A stretch of DNA of 64,000 bases from contig CM114271.1 of assembly GCA_050084515.1 (NCBI GenBank), positions 22,134,001-22,198,000 on the forward strand, given 5' to 3'. Made by a program: the position numbers and the translations under genes. Position 1 is the stretch's first letter. Every line of letters begins with the position of its first letter. The notes below the pieces were generated by a model. That model ran no database searches. It was not told the DNA's origin and worked only from the letters and a program-made list of their open reading frames with translations. The stretch comes from Blasia pusilla. Its lineage: Eukaryota. This document shows, in pieces, positions 24,196-36,819 of the stretch.

Positions 24196-26699
24196 CACCA
24201 CCTATCCTTTGGGCTTGTTGGCTATGGAGAGCCAGATTGCTGAGACTTCGATGAGGAGGTCTGATGCAAAGTCCTTAGATCGAGAGGCGGGTGAGGAGAA
24301 GATAGATGACCGAGACATTCACGAGGATGGAGTACTCTTGGAGTACCTACGTATTGGCAGCGTCGCGAGCACAATGGGCAGTAGAGAGCGGGATCGGATC
24401 CTATAGCGAGCCACACGGTTTCGGTGGGAGGGGACACATGTGTTGCGAGTTTGGGAGGATGGTAGAATACGTGTAGTGCCTCATCCTTTAGAGAGAGCAC
24501 GTTTGGTGCGTCATGCCCACAAGGAGTTTGGTCATTTTTTAGTGAAGCGGACGTACAACTTGCTCTAGATACAGTATTAGTAGCAAGGTATGGAGATTGA
24601 CATTCAGCAGTTTGTTCCCAGGTGCGTGGTTTGTAATAGGGTGTGGGCATCGTTCAATGCTCTGACTCCATAGTTGCATCCACTTTCGATCATGGGTTTA
24701 GGTTATAGATGAATTTTGGATTTTGGAGGACCCTTACCTTTCACGGAGCGCCATAGTTGTTATGTTTTGGTGATGGTCGAGCACTTCTCAAAGTGGATAG
24801 AGTTGGTTGCATTGCTTGACAAAGCGAATGAGGGAGTCACGTATGCCTTCCTAGATTGAGTGCTGAGTCATTACAACGCCCCAGATGAGGTGTTGAAAGA
24901 ACAAGGTACGGAGTTTCACAAGAGTTTCAAGCCTTGTGTGATTAGGCGCTGACTGACCACCGCACCACTTCGCGAGATCATCCTAAGGCGGATGGACTAG
25001 CGGAGAGTGTTGTACATACGGTGAAGAGAGGATTACGCAAGTATGGATTGCAGAGAGATCAACTAGGAGATTGGTACCTTCATTTTTTGTGGTTAGCGAT
25101 GGGATACACATTGAGCAAGCAGGCATCCTTAGCGCCTTTTTCACCGTACTTGCTGCTTTATGGCCGAGAGCCAGATTTACCTGTAGCCATTCGTCGAGAT
25201 GTTGGTAAGGTGTTAAACCTTGATGACCCGGATGTATGCATGGATGCAAGCATGTTCTCACACGACTGAGTTGTTTAGGAGAGTGATGCCCATGGCATTT
25301 GAGAACTTGGCGATTGCGCAACATCGAGATACTTTGAGGTATGCCACTATTTAGGAAGGTGGTTACGGCCCTACTATCCGTAGGTTTCATAAGGGAGACT
25401 ATGTCTACTTGCAATAGATGGCACCCATGATATTGGATATAATTGCACGACACACTATCTTGAGAATGCGTGACATTTTGCCATTTGGTATTCTCTTATT
25501 GGAGGAACGCGATGGTATGGTTTGAAAGGACCATGTGCGTAACTGTGCGCCATGTCACCTTCCAAACATTGACGGTACAATTGATTTGAGCTTAGCAGTA
25601 GTTCCTACAAGTTTGCAATGTATGTTGTGTGATTCCGCCCGTTGTGCAGCCACCATGCTAGTTTGTGATGGGTGTTCGAGAGGGTGGCATATGGCATATA
25701 TGTCTGACACCACCTCTCATGAGGGTTCCTCGGGGATGATGGATGTGCCCCAAATGCACATAGAGTAGGTAGTTCTAGATTTCGACTTGCGTCTATGACA
25801 TGGATGACAAGAAGGCGACATGAGCACCCGACCTTTTTGCTCTTAGCGTCCGAGAGATGTATGTCATGGTAGGTAGGAATAGATGGCTATCTGGAGTTAG
25901 AGGAACCTAACCACCAGCTAGGGGAGCAATTGAAGATATTTTGGTACTTCTCATCTCGTTGTTTGGATGCCATGAGTTAGCATGGAATCATGTGTGTTTG
26001 TGTGTATGTTTGATGACAACGATGTATGTTGTGTAGCGATGTGTATGCGCATGACAGTTGTTACGTCTCTTGGGATAGATCAACAAGATCTAGTAGAGCG
26101 CCTTTGAAGATACATGAGGACATCCTCAAGAGGTCGAGGATGACTTGCTGAGGCCTCGGGTAACGTGCGAGAGCAGGTTTCCCCTTCGTTTCGGCTCATT
26201 TGGAGCAATGTTGAGGAACTTACTATTTTGAGTAAGTTTCCATTTGTGGCATAGTTGACTTTCCACTTTTGGAAGTGGCTCTTGACCCGCTACAGCTCGT
26301 CAAGAGCCAAGGAGGTAACCTACAAGCATAGGTTATTGAGGAGAGGCCTTGGGAGATGGAAGGGGATATACCTCCAACAGAGAGAGCTTGAGAGCTCATT
26401 CTCTCTTTGTTGAACCTCTTGGCAAGAGGCGACAAGGTTATGGCTCTCCTTACCTTGTGTTTGTAACCCAAGCTTCTCATTAGGAGAGAGGGTTTGGTTT
26501 GACATGAGAGAAAGTGCACACCATGGAGAGCTTGGTGTGAGATGTTGAGAGAGATTTGATTGATTTATTGGAGATACTTTGGTACTTCTCGTCTCTTTGT
26601 TTGGATGCTATGAGTAAGCATGGGATCATGAGTGTTTTTATGTATGTTTGGTAACAGCAATGTATGTTGCGTAGCGATTTTATATGCGCACGACAAGGC

Positions 26700-27110
26700 A
26701 CTACTCAACGATAGAATACGTGGATATCATGACAAGGAGAAATATTAGTCTAGGCTTGGATTCATCTCCATTTAGAAAGCTTGATAGTGGATCCCCACAC
26801 TTTCTCCTCCACTTCACTTGAGGCTTTCCCTTTCCTTCTCTCTCTATTTCCCACAAGTACCCTAGTTTGGAGATCCTGTTGCACATTGGGAGGACCTTCA
26901 TACATAATTTGCCATGATGAATATCTTGATTCCCATTCTTTTTCTTTCATCTATCTTTTGAAAAATGCTCCATCATCCATGTGCTATGATATGTTTTCAT
27001 CAAATAGAAACAACATTTGCACTGCCATTTGCTTTATGTTTCACTTTCCACTTGTATTTCTCCCCAATATTCCTTCATGATCTTTTGGAGTTCTTTGGCT
27101 TTGGTCACGA
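26700..27110 (-). pseudogene. Possible hAT transposase N-terminal BED zinc-finger remnant
   Basis: My own translation of the minus strand: KWQCKCC..MKTYHSTWMMEHF...HGKLCMKVLP, resembling the BED spacing C-x2-C...R..H...C. Contains a stop. Confidence 0.35.
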
Positions 27111-27384
27111 CTATAAGTAAATACTATCCCCAACTAAAAAATATTGAGTAATTTGCAATAATTTTACAAGCTCAATAATTAGATATCTTGACCTATGAAA
27201 TATATGCAAACTACACCATATATTGTTTGTGAATGCTCCAATAGCAACCTTAGAACACTCGTTATGAACAAGAAAGATCAATATGCTAACCATGATAACC
27301 AAGATATCTTAAATTATCAAGGTTATCAAGTGGCAAAACATAGTCTCACTTATTAAGTTCACCTATCTACTGAAAAAAACTTAT

Positions 27385-27387
<3 letters not shown>

Positions 27388-27438
<51 letters not shown>
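27388..27438 (+). repeat. (AG)n microsatellite
   Basis: About 25 uninterrupted AG units. Confidence 0.97.
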
Positions 27439-27441
<3 letters not shown>

Positions 27442-30400
27442 GGGCGAGTTTATATAGGGGAGGATGGAAGGAAGGAAATTAACCCTTAATTTTTTTTCCT
27501 TATCTATCCCCACGGACTATTAATGCCTAAAAAAACTCCACATAAGCACGTAGCGCATCTTAATTTTTTCTCCTAATCCCAAACCTTTTTTTTAACTATC
27601 CTAACTTCCTCACCCACTTCTTTTACAACTAACCTATTCTCTAATATAACGACCCTATTCACTAATACTCTTACCTTCCCCTTTCCTCTCCATCTTTGAA
27701 TTCCACTCACGTGGCCTCAAGAACTAACCATACCTAGAGTTTCCCCTTGATTTTTGCTCACGATCCCCATACAAACCTTATGCTTAAGCCCTCATGAGGC
27801 CTCCATTTAAGCCCGCATCTAGCCTGGCCTAAGTCTAGGCGAGCAGCGAGCTTGCATATCCTGAGGTTGGGCGTGGACCCACGAGGTGACAAGGGCTTGC
27901 ACAAGCTGGCAAGGAGTCCTACTCGGGCCCATGCCAAGCTTGTGTTATCCCCACATCTTGGCTCTGTCAAACCTCCAACCCACATGCTTATCGCTCCTTG
28001 GCCCGCATAATTTGTTCAAGCCTACACCTATTCCCACGTCCAAAGCCCGCGTAGGCGACTTGGGCACCAAAAAGACCAGGGTGGGGGTCTCATTTGACAT
28101 ATATATTCCATGGATGAACTTGTTTATTTCCATGTAACCTTACCATCTCTTTAAATTTGTCGTACCAAGGAAAGTATATTATCCCTAATAAGGAAATTTT
28201 CTCATCGTTTCGAATGAAGATGCTTTGCTAGGCCTTTGAGTATGGTATGGTTGCACACCAACTTCCCCTCAATGTCAAGTGTATAGTAATCATGAAGAAT
28301 TTATTCCTAACAATAACCTCCCTCCTCATCCCCATATTAACATGTAGTACTCTCCAGCAAAATTTCTTAACCGCCCATAACAATTTCCACATTGTCCATG
28401 TTCAAGTATGCAACCAAATTCCTTGACAAGAATGAGTTTTTGGTTGTGTGAACCACACCAAAAATCTCTTCAACATTTGCTATATGTGGTTTCTGTTGAA
28501 TGGGACCCTCTTAGTTTCATTTACCTTCCTTCCTCCATTTCCTATATCCTCATTCAGACCAATGTGAGTACCCTCTGGTGGAACTATGTCCAATAGATCT
28601 AAAATGCAGATCGAAGGCCTAAACCATAACATCCACTTGCGATCCATTTGATTCATAGTTTCCATCATATTCCTCCTTCCCAAAGGTCTGCATGTTGTAT
28701 GTTGAGCAGGTTTTCTTAGTGGATTTTTAGGTTGTTCTTACTATCCCTCTTTACCACTATTTCCTCCACACAACGTGGTATTGTCACTTCAATCACAAGT
28801 TCGTCCCCTTCTATTTTCCCAAAAAAATCCTCTTCCTGGTCTTGCTTAATTAGCTATTTGATATGAATGTGCAAATGTGGTCGGCTAAGCTTTTAGTACA
28901 TCTAGTGAACATGCCAGGAATTTAGGGATGATGATTTTGGCCGCATCCACATATCCATATGGACCTCGGTATGGACTATTATTTGGGACACTGTTACGAT
29001 TGGATTTAGCAACTAGGTGTAGAACCTGCATCAAAAGACAAATAAAATCCACACTGCCATTCCACATCAGCAAGGTCTAAATCTAGCAGGGTGGCACGGG
29101 TTTGAAAAAGTTCCTCAAAGAAAATTGGTGCAAACAACTTATGCTTATTCTTACCTCTATACTTGGTGAATAAATGGACTTATGCCTATTCTCCAAAACT
29201 TCATCTAGTAGATGTATAAGCTGCATCAAAATACAATTAAAGTCAATAGTGCAAGGTCTAAAGCTAGCACTTGAGATAAATCACCCATGAGTACTCCATG
29301 GCCAATCGTATGTGCAAGGCATCAAGATGGAGTCCAAAAAGTTCATCAAAGAACAAACTACGTGATGCCCACTCCAATGTCCATGCCTTTAGGTAGTATC
29401 TCTACACCAACAAATCTAGAATTCACTCCACAGGTTTAGTTTTAGGCTTATCATTTGCTAAAGAAGTGGGAATCAAAAAAAGTGAAATCTACCGAGGGAG
29501 AATCATTGTGAAGAAAATCTACAAGGTGAGACATGAACAACCTTCTAAGATTGTCACCAAGTGCGAGCTAATTGCATTATGCTATGGCTTTGGAAGGAAG
29601 ATAACTTGGACATAAAAATCCGAAACCACTTTTACATTTACATATGTTACATATTTCTAAGCTCCTTGATATCAAATTTCATCCATGTGACTTAATGATA
29701 GTTCTTTGAGCTACGTTAAGTTCACTAGCGATTGATTTTAGTGACGAGTCAATTCTGAGTGCATTCTTTGGATTAAGAGTAACTAATCACCATCTACCTA
29801 AGCTTACAAGAGCATACTTGTGTGAAGCAAACATCCTCGTCTATAAAGTTGATTGCTTCAAGATGACAAATTAATCTTCATGTGTCCAGAAGTTAACAAG
29901 AAAATCCAAATGCACACAATGAGCTAAAACCAAAACTCTTATTTTTCTCCACGGCACTTGAATGGGTTGAAATATTTTTGACCTAGAGCATCTTTTAGTT
30001 GAATGTGTAGTTCTATGGTAAAACTCTCCAAACTTCAAGTATGTTTATGCTAATCTTGAGAGATATATGGGTTACCAACCATAAGTAGAATTTGTCTCCA
30101 AAGATGTGGATAATAGTTACAAATTTTCTCCTTCTCATGAATTTTGATTAGTATTTCTTTGTAGATTTCAGTATAGCCCTTCTAGAATACATTGGAGCAC
30201 TCTTTTTAAGGTTCCAAGTATCATAGAGGGGTAGGATCTTTGGCTCTCAAAGGGATGGGAGGCTTGGTTGAGCTCTCTTCCTAAGGATGTCTATGAGCTT
30301 TAGTGGTGCATACATTTAAGTTTTATACTTGTGTGAGCTTTGAAGACTAGATAAACTATTTATTTCTTGTATGATTATGGGATTCTTTTTGAGAGTATGT

Positions 30401-30691
30401 TAGGTTATAACTTGGAAACCCATCTTAAGGATTCTCTTTCTACAAAGTGGAGGAGATTTTCTTCATGATTTTGGTGTCCAAGTGGCATGAAAGAAATGGA
30501 AAACATCAAGCTTGAAGTATTCTAAGTGTTGGCTTATGTTGGAAGGATGGGAAAAGAAAATTTTACCAAATGCAAACAAAATGGCATGATCTCGATTGCA
30601 TGGGAAAGAAATAGAAATAGAAATTCACTAGAAAATAGAAAATTATTGATTTACCGAACATGAAACGGATGAATATTAAATTTATCAAAAT

Positions 30692-31132
30692 AAATCTATA
30701 TTATTATGGGAGAGTGCTTTTTTATTTTCAAACACCTCTCACCTCTATGTTTGACACGTGGCACGTGTGCGGCAAGAAAAAAAATTAGAATTTGTGTACA
30801 ACATCATTAATCTCTTCCCCTCACGAACTACACACTTACATTAGTCCCTTCCCTTCACGAGCTATTCATTAATAAAAACTCTTAAACACTTTTTCATTTT
30901 CGCACATGGACACTTTACTAATTTTCTTTTAAAATACTAGTGGATAGCTATGCACAAGAATGATGGAAAATCTTTTTTTTATTAAAATACTAGTGGGCAG
31001 CCATGCACAAGAATGATGGAAAATCTTTTTCTTACTGCCCGGAAAAAAAAACATTTTGTTACGACTAGGTTTTCGCGTGTAAAAGAAGATGTTCACAAAT
31101 AAAAAAGCACTCCCCATTACTACTATAGATTT
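30692..31132. mobile_element. Small non-autonomous element(s): inverted ~30-bp ends and duplicated Helitron-like 3' ends
   Basis: AAATCTATAtTAtTAtgGGagAGTGCTTTTTT at 30692 is inverted at 31101-31131. Tandem ~52-bp unit TACTAGTGG.AGC.ATGCACAAGAATGATGGAAAATC at about 30935 and 30987. Confidence 0.5.
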
Positions 31133-34100
31133 AACAATAGGTCCCGAGAGCAATATACATTATCATGCATGATATTAAAATTTACCAGAGAGAAATGTAA
31201 GGAATCAGTTCGTCACTAGGTCCGCACGTTGGTCTCCTAACAGACTCGCCGAGCTACTGTCGCAGTGCCGCCACCCGAGCATTGCCACGTAGCAGCGCAA
31301 CCACGGTGCCACCTCCTTCCCACGTCTCCCATGAGTCCTGACCCGCCCTCGATGCAACTCCCTGAGTTCCCGGAAGGTCTGCAACCCTCCTGTCGGTTTC
31401 CCGTCCCGTGAAAGCCCCGCGGGAAGACGCCGACGGTTACCAAATATGAGTTATTCTCCTTGCTAGGAACTTTCGCCGACTAAGTCTTACCGGCACCCAG
31501 TCACTTTCAGGAATATAACGACCGGGACGGCCGGCTACAAGAACCACATGTTTCGTCCTTTCGGAATCCGTGCCGGAGCTTGGAAGCCGCGATCGGGACT
31601 TATCGTTTTCTCCCGGCTAGCTGAACATAGAAGTCCGACTCTAGCGGACTATGGGATGGAGACGTCAGAAGTTTAGGTGGATGGATTCATCCCGCACAGT
31701 CGCATGACCAGGTATCTGGCCAGCTTTCGGTCTTGGAGCCTTCGACCCTTGCGCCTTGGTGATTGAATGTACCTACACGCAGGGAATTTATCTTGTCAGC
31801 CTCGCGTTACGTAGGTACGGTAGCCCCCCACAAGAAGGGCCAGGGATTCTATGTCAGTGTGGACCCCGCCATTTCAGTAAAGTACTCGTTCTTTACTCAA
31901 ATTCCTTCCCATCTTTGGGGACGTGATTTGGACCTTTACTTTTCGTGCGACAAAATATTCGAAGTTCGAACGGATTCCATTCGCCGTGCTTCGTCAAGTC
32001 GATGTAAAATGCTTCTGTTGCCCCGGCGTTGGCTACGCTTTAGTGCGCCGTGGGACACTACCGTTAGTGTCCCACAACCGGTAGATGCACACTCGTGATC
32101 CTTTAGTGGGCGATCTGTTTCATATCTATTTCGTAATCTTATCACAATTAGTCTAACTAGTCGTGAACTAATACTTGTTATACTTCTTTTAAAATTACAC
32201 CAGAGAAGAATTTGTGTGGAATGCATCCTGAATATCTTTTTAATAACACTAGTGAGAATGCGTCAATTTTTAGTACATAAAACTCCCTCGTTACTCAGTT
32301 TGGGCTTTTCTCTTTTCATCGAGGAGTGGGAAGTTTACACACGTCGAGGGAGAACCTTTAATTAGGTCTCTGCCCATTGGAGATAATGAAACAGAGTGAT
32401 AGAAACAACTTTTTTGTACTGAATTGAGTTGTTTGGGTGGTATCTCGAACAGCAGGCAGCTTGCTCGAAGGTGAAAGTTGAGTTGTTCTTGCAACGTAGT
32501 ATTGGAAACCTTGTAAGTATTCAAACAATGAGCACCTTTCGTCTAGAACTACCGCCCAAAGCTTCGTGATTCATTGGCCTCAATTGGCTGGAAGCGTAGA
32601 CTTTTACCGTTGCACGGGCATTCTCACTCTAGTAAGAATGGCCGTGCGATGCACCGGCATCAAAATTTAGCATATACAAAATTAATCATATCAATTTTTT
32701 TTCAATGGATGAAGTATTACAAAGTCTAAAAAGCATGCCAATATAACACTTGACACATGTAATGTTATTTTAATTTTAATTTAGCACTTCATTATATACA
32801 ACATTCCTAGTGTAAATACCTATTTTGTTAATAGCCTTTTCATTATCTGTCATAATATGAATAGAATTCCTCGAGCCTACTCTTGACAAGGCAACATACA
32901 ATTGCCCATGAGAAAATACTGGATTAGGCAAGTAGATACCAACTCTATCTAATGTTTGACCTTGAGACTTGTTAATCGTCATTGCAAAAGCAGGACGTAT
33001 AGGAAATTGAAATCGTCGCAAATCAAATGGTAGGCAAGAATCAGACGCAATCAATGGAATGCGTGGAATGAAAACTCGAGCTCCGATGTTTTTTCTAGTG
33101 ATGATTTTTGCATCTATAAGATGTCTACTAAAGCCAGCTATCACCAGCCGAGTCTCGTTTGCTTGTCCCTTGGCTCCATTCATATTCCGTAATAGCATTA
33201 TCGGAGCTCCAATCTTCAAAGTCAAACAATGAGGTGGCAGTCTAGATGGTAAACATGTGTTCAAAAATTCTGTTGGATAAACAAGTCTCATCTCATCGTC
33301 GGAAACGGTATCAGCACTCAAGAAAGTATGCTCTTGCAAAAACAATATAAATCATTAATGATAAGAGCGATGATAGAAAAATGTAGCAATAGGTAATGAA
33401 AATATAATAATGATATTCAAGAACATAAATATTACCTCTCCTGGAAATCGAGACATGATTTCCGCATTTATAATATCTGTCGTGCGAATCCACATCGTCA
33501 TACAACATACATCGCTGACATACCATACTCACATATATACATAACATAGACGAGAGTATCCACAAACACAAGTGTACCACAATTGAAATCCGTGAAAGAC
33601 CTATTGTCATAAAACACGTTTACAATCACATACAATCGAGCCAAACCCATTCCACGATGGGAGAATCTAGGTCAAAGCTTGCGGGAAACACCATAGCCAA
33701 GAGCTCTACTCACTACCAAGGCTAACTCCCAACGCAACACGCTCAACTCAAAGAATCGTTGTTGTTCTTTGAGTGCACTCCACCTTATATCCTCCAACCT
33801 AAGAGCAGGCCCTCTTTGGGAAAGTCACCCCAACGAGTAACCCCAACCCTATGTATGGAACCGCATCTCTACCAAGCCACTACGGTCCTACATAAGGAAT
33901 GGCCTCTACTAGCACACTATACTCTCGACATAATCCGTATGGTCATGACAATTGTCGTGCGAATCCACATCATCATACAACATACATCGACATATCATAC
34001 TCACATACATACATAACATAGAGGCGAGTATCCACAAACACAAGTGTACCACAACTCGCCCCCTAATCGGCGGTTAGGTCCCTCTAACTCCGGTAGCCCT

Positions 34101-34224
34101 ATACATCTACTACATGCTATACACCTTCTTGGGTGCCGAATCGAAGGCCGGGTGCTAGGTTGCCCCATCATTAGTCGCACATCGTAATCCATATCATGCA
34201 AAGATCAAGTCATCTACCTCTCCT

Positions 34225-35500
34225 AAGTACATCGAGAACAAACCCACCTTCCAGAGGAACAACATCCATACGTGAGTCAAACACATCATGTGCCAACCCC
34301 TAGAACACCGATCACACACCAACATACGGGCTGCGTTACCAGCAGACCCACACAACATGCACCTCAAGCTAGCATGTATCATGGCTAAGCTTGGGTCAAC
34401 AGTACCATCCACATTTGGAAGATGACATGGCGCACAATTACGCACATGGTCCTTCCAAACAACTCCATCACGACCCTCCAACATGAGAACTCCAGAAGCT
34501 AACACCTCGCGCACTCGTAAAATAGTGCGGCATGCCGTCACATCCAACGTTGTCGGTGCAACTGCTGCAAATAGACATAGTCCCCACATGGAACCTCTGA
34601 ATCGATGGTCGATAACCTCCACCCGAATGGTTGCATACCGCAACGTATCCTGTGTTGAGCAATGGCAAGATTCTCAAAGGTCGTTGGCATAACTCTCCGA
34701 AAGAGCTCCGTCCGCTAAGAACACACCCTCATCCACATCTCGGGTCATCAAGGTTCACCACCTCACTAGACTCCCACAATTGTTCTTTGGCAAGTTTGGA
34801 TCTCGGCCGTATAACAGAAAATAAGGTGAGAAGGAAGCCAAGGATGCTTGGCGATCGAACCTATACCCCATGGCTAACCATGGCAACTCGAATATCCAGT
34901 CTCAAGATGCCCCTTCAGAGGCCATACTTGCGCAATGCCCTCTTCACCGTCTGAACCACACACTCGGCCAAACCATCGCCTCTGGATGATCTCGAGGCGT
35001 GGTCCGATGATCAATCAACGCCTTGTCACACAAGACCTGAAACTCACCTTGAAACTCTGACCTGGTCGGTCAAGCACTTCATTTGGTGCACCAAAATGAC
35101 TAAGCACTCTATCCGAAACGCATCGCCGTTCCTCACTTTCCTTGTCCGTAATGCCACCAACTCAATCCACTTGGAGAAGTGTTCCACCATCACCAACACA
35201 TATCGATGATGTAAATACCAGTCCATGATATGATCCTCCATAAAGTCCACACTCCAACGGTAACCCAACCCCATAATAGGCAAGGGGTGTAATTGTGGTG
35301 TAGGGGCATTAAATGATGCCCTCACCCGGTCATAAACCATACAACGTGACACCAAGCTGCTGCACCTGAGTATGCATGCCACGCCACCAATCTTGGCCAA
35401 GGAGTACGCTATACGACGCTTTACCCCAAAATGTCCCAACTCCTCATGGGCATGTCGCACAATGCGCTCTCTCGAGCCAAATGTGGCACTACTCGTACTC
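34225..35500 (-). pseudogene. Integrase plus PHD finger (copy 3)
   Basis: RHAHEELGHFG, WSVDF, VEHFSKW, TDQ. PHD CMLCGSAGNAARMLVCDRCSRGWHMMC. Confidence 0.9.
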
Positions 35501-36232
35501 TACCATCCTCCCACACGCGGAGAATATGTGTTCCCTCAATCGATACCTCTTAGCACGTTGAAGAACACGGTCTCGCTCCTTGGCACTCACTATGCCCGGA
35601 ACCCTCTTGGTCCGTAGGAACTCCAACACCAACACATCATCATGAATATCACGCTGATCCGTACACCATCTCCAACCTTAGGATCGAAGGTGGCCATCTA
35701 TCCTCGACTAGAGTAAGATATCATGTGGTCCTCCATACTAGAGTCCACACCGACCAACATAAAAGGCGGATGCATGCCAACCTGGCACCATTTCCTCATC
35801 AACCTCGCCATGCCATCTAGCCCGTTGTATCCTCTTGGCTAGTACATGGGTTCCTACTCAACCCATCAAAGCATCAAGGTTGGCAACTCAGGTCTATGTA
35901 CCACCGGAAGTCATACTCTGTAAGATAAGAGCCCACCTGCAAGCTTCCCCTCGTCAAAGCTTGTCCGACTCGATCAACCACTTGAGCACTCTCCCTCATA
36001 TGTGGTGATCGATAGAAAGGACAAACTCCATGTGGGTGCCAAACAAGTAACACCTAAGTGCAATAGCCTCCACCTTTGCTTGCTGAACTCCCAAACCACT
36101 TGGATAGATCACATGACCCAAGTACTCAACATCCTCATGGAAGAACTTACACATCAGTACTCGGATAAACACTCCCAAACCATGGAAGAACTTTCAACTT
36201 TCATGGGATCAAAACCATGAGCTTTCAACCGC

Positions 36233-36718
36233 TCAAAACCATCTGCAAATGTATCGATGCTCCTCCACCGTGTTCTTGAACACCAAGATATCATCAATGT
36301 AACACCGAACAAAATCCAACCCCGCTAGGATCCTGTCCATCACTCTTTGAAACTCGGCAGGGGCATTCTTCAACCCAAAGGGTAAGAATTTCCACTGGTA
36401 AAAACAATCCTTGCCATGAGAGTTGACACCCAAAAATGTTGTCTTGGCCTTGTCACTCTCCCAAATCGGCAATTGATGGTATCCTGCCCGAAGATCCAAA
36501 GTACTGAAAATCTTTGCCTGTCCCACCACATCAAAGATCTCCTCAGGTGTAGGCATGGCATACCTATCGACCTTGGTTTGCCGATTAATAGGACGGTAAT
36601 CTCCACACATCCGCCTATCCATGTAATTGCCATGCATATCCTTTTTAGCAGGCATGATAGTGGCTGATGCATACTCTCCATGCGACAACTCCACTAATCC
36701 AGCCTCCAAAAGGTCCAA
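36233..36718 (-). pseudogene. Reverse transcriptase core (copy 3)
   Basis: RMCGDYRPIN, LDLRAGYHQ, LPFGLKNAPAEFQ, CYIDDILVF. Confidence 0.95.
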
Positions 36719-36819
36719 CGTCCTACTCTAAGGATGCAAAATACTACTCTCCTCGCCCCCAGCCGATGCCTCTACCGTCCCGGTAGCCATCGAGCTCATT
36801 ACAAGGGGTGGAAGACCCA

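Larger units (their letters stand above)
22047..26695 (+). mobile_element. Ty3/Gypsy family I copy 4, 3' half (RT-IN-PHD-B1-A2-B2)
   Basis: RT (CGDYRPIN, CYIDDIV) from 22047. IN about 24400-25560 (RHAHKEFGHF, EHFSKW). PHD 25618-25763. B1 25930-26056, GT spacer, A2 26059-26567, B2 26568-26695. Confidence 0.92.

Noticed and set aside
28100-30650. Possible decayed coding sequence
   Set aside because: No motif I can assign with confidence; needs a translated database search.
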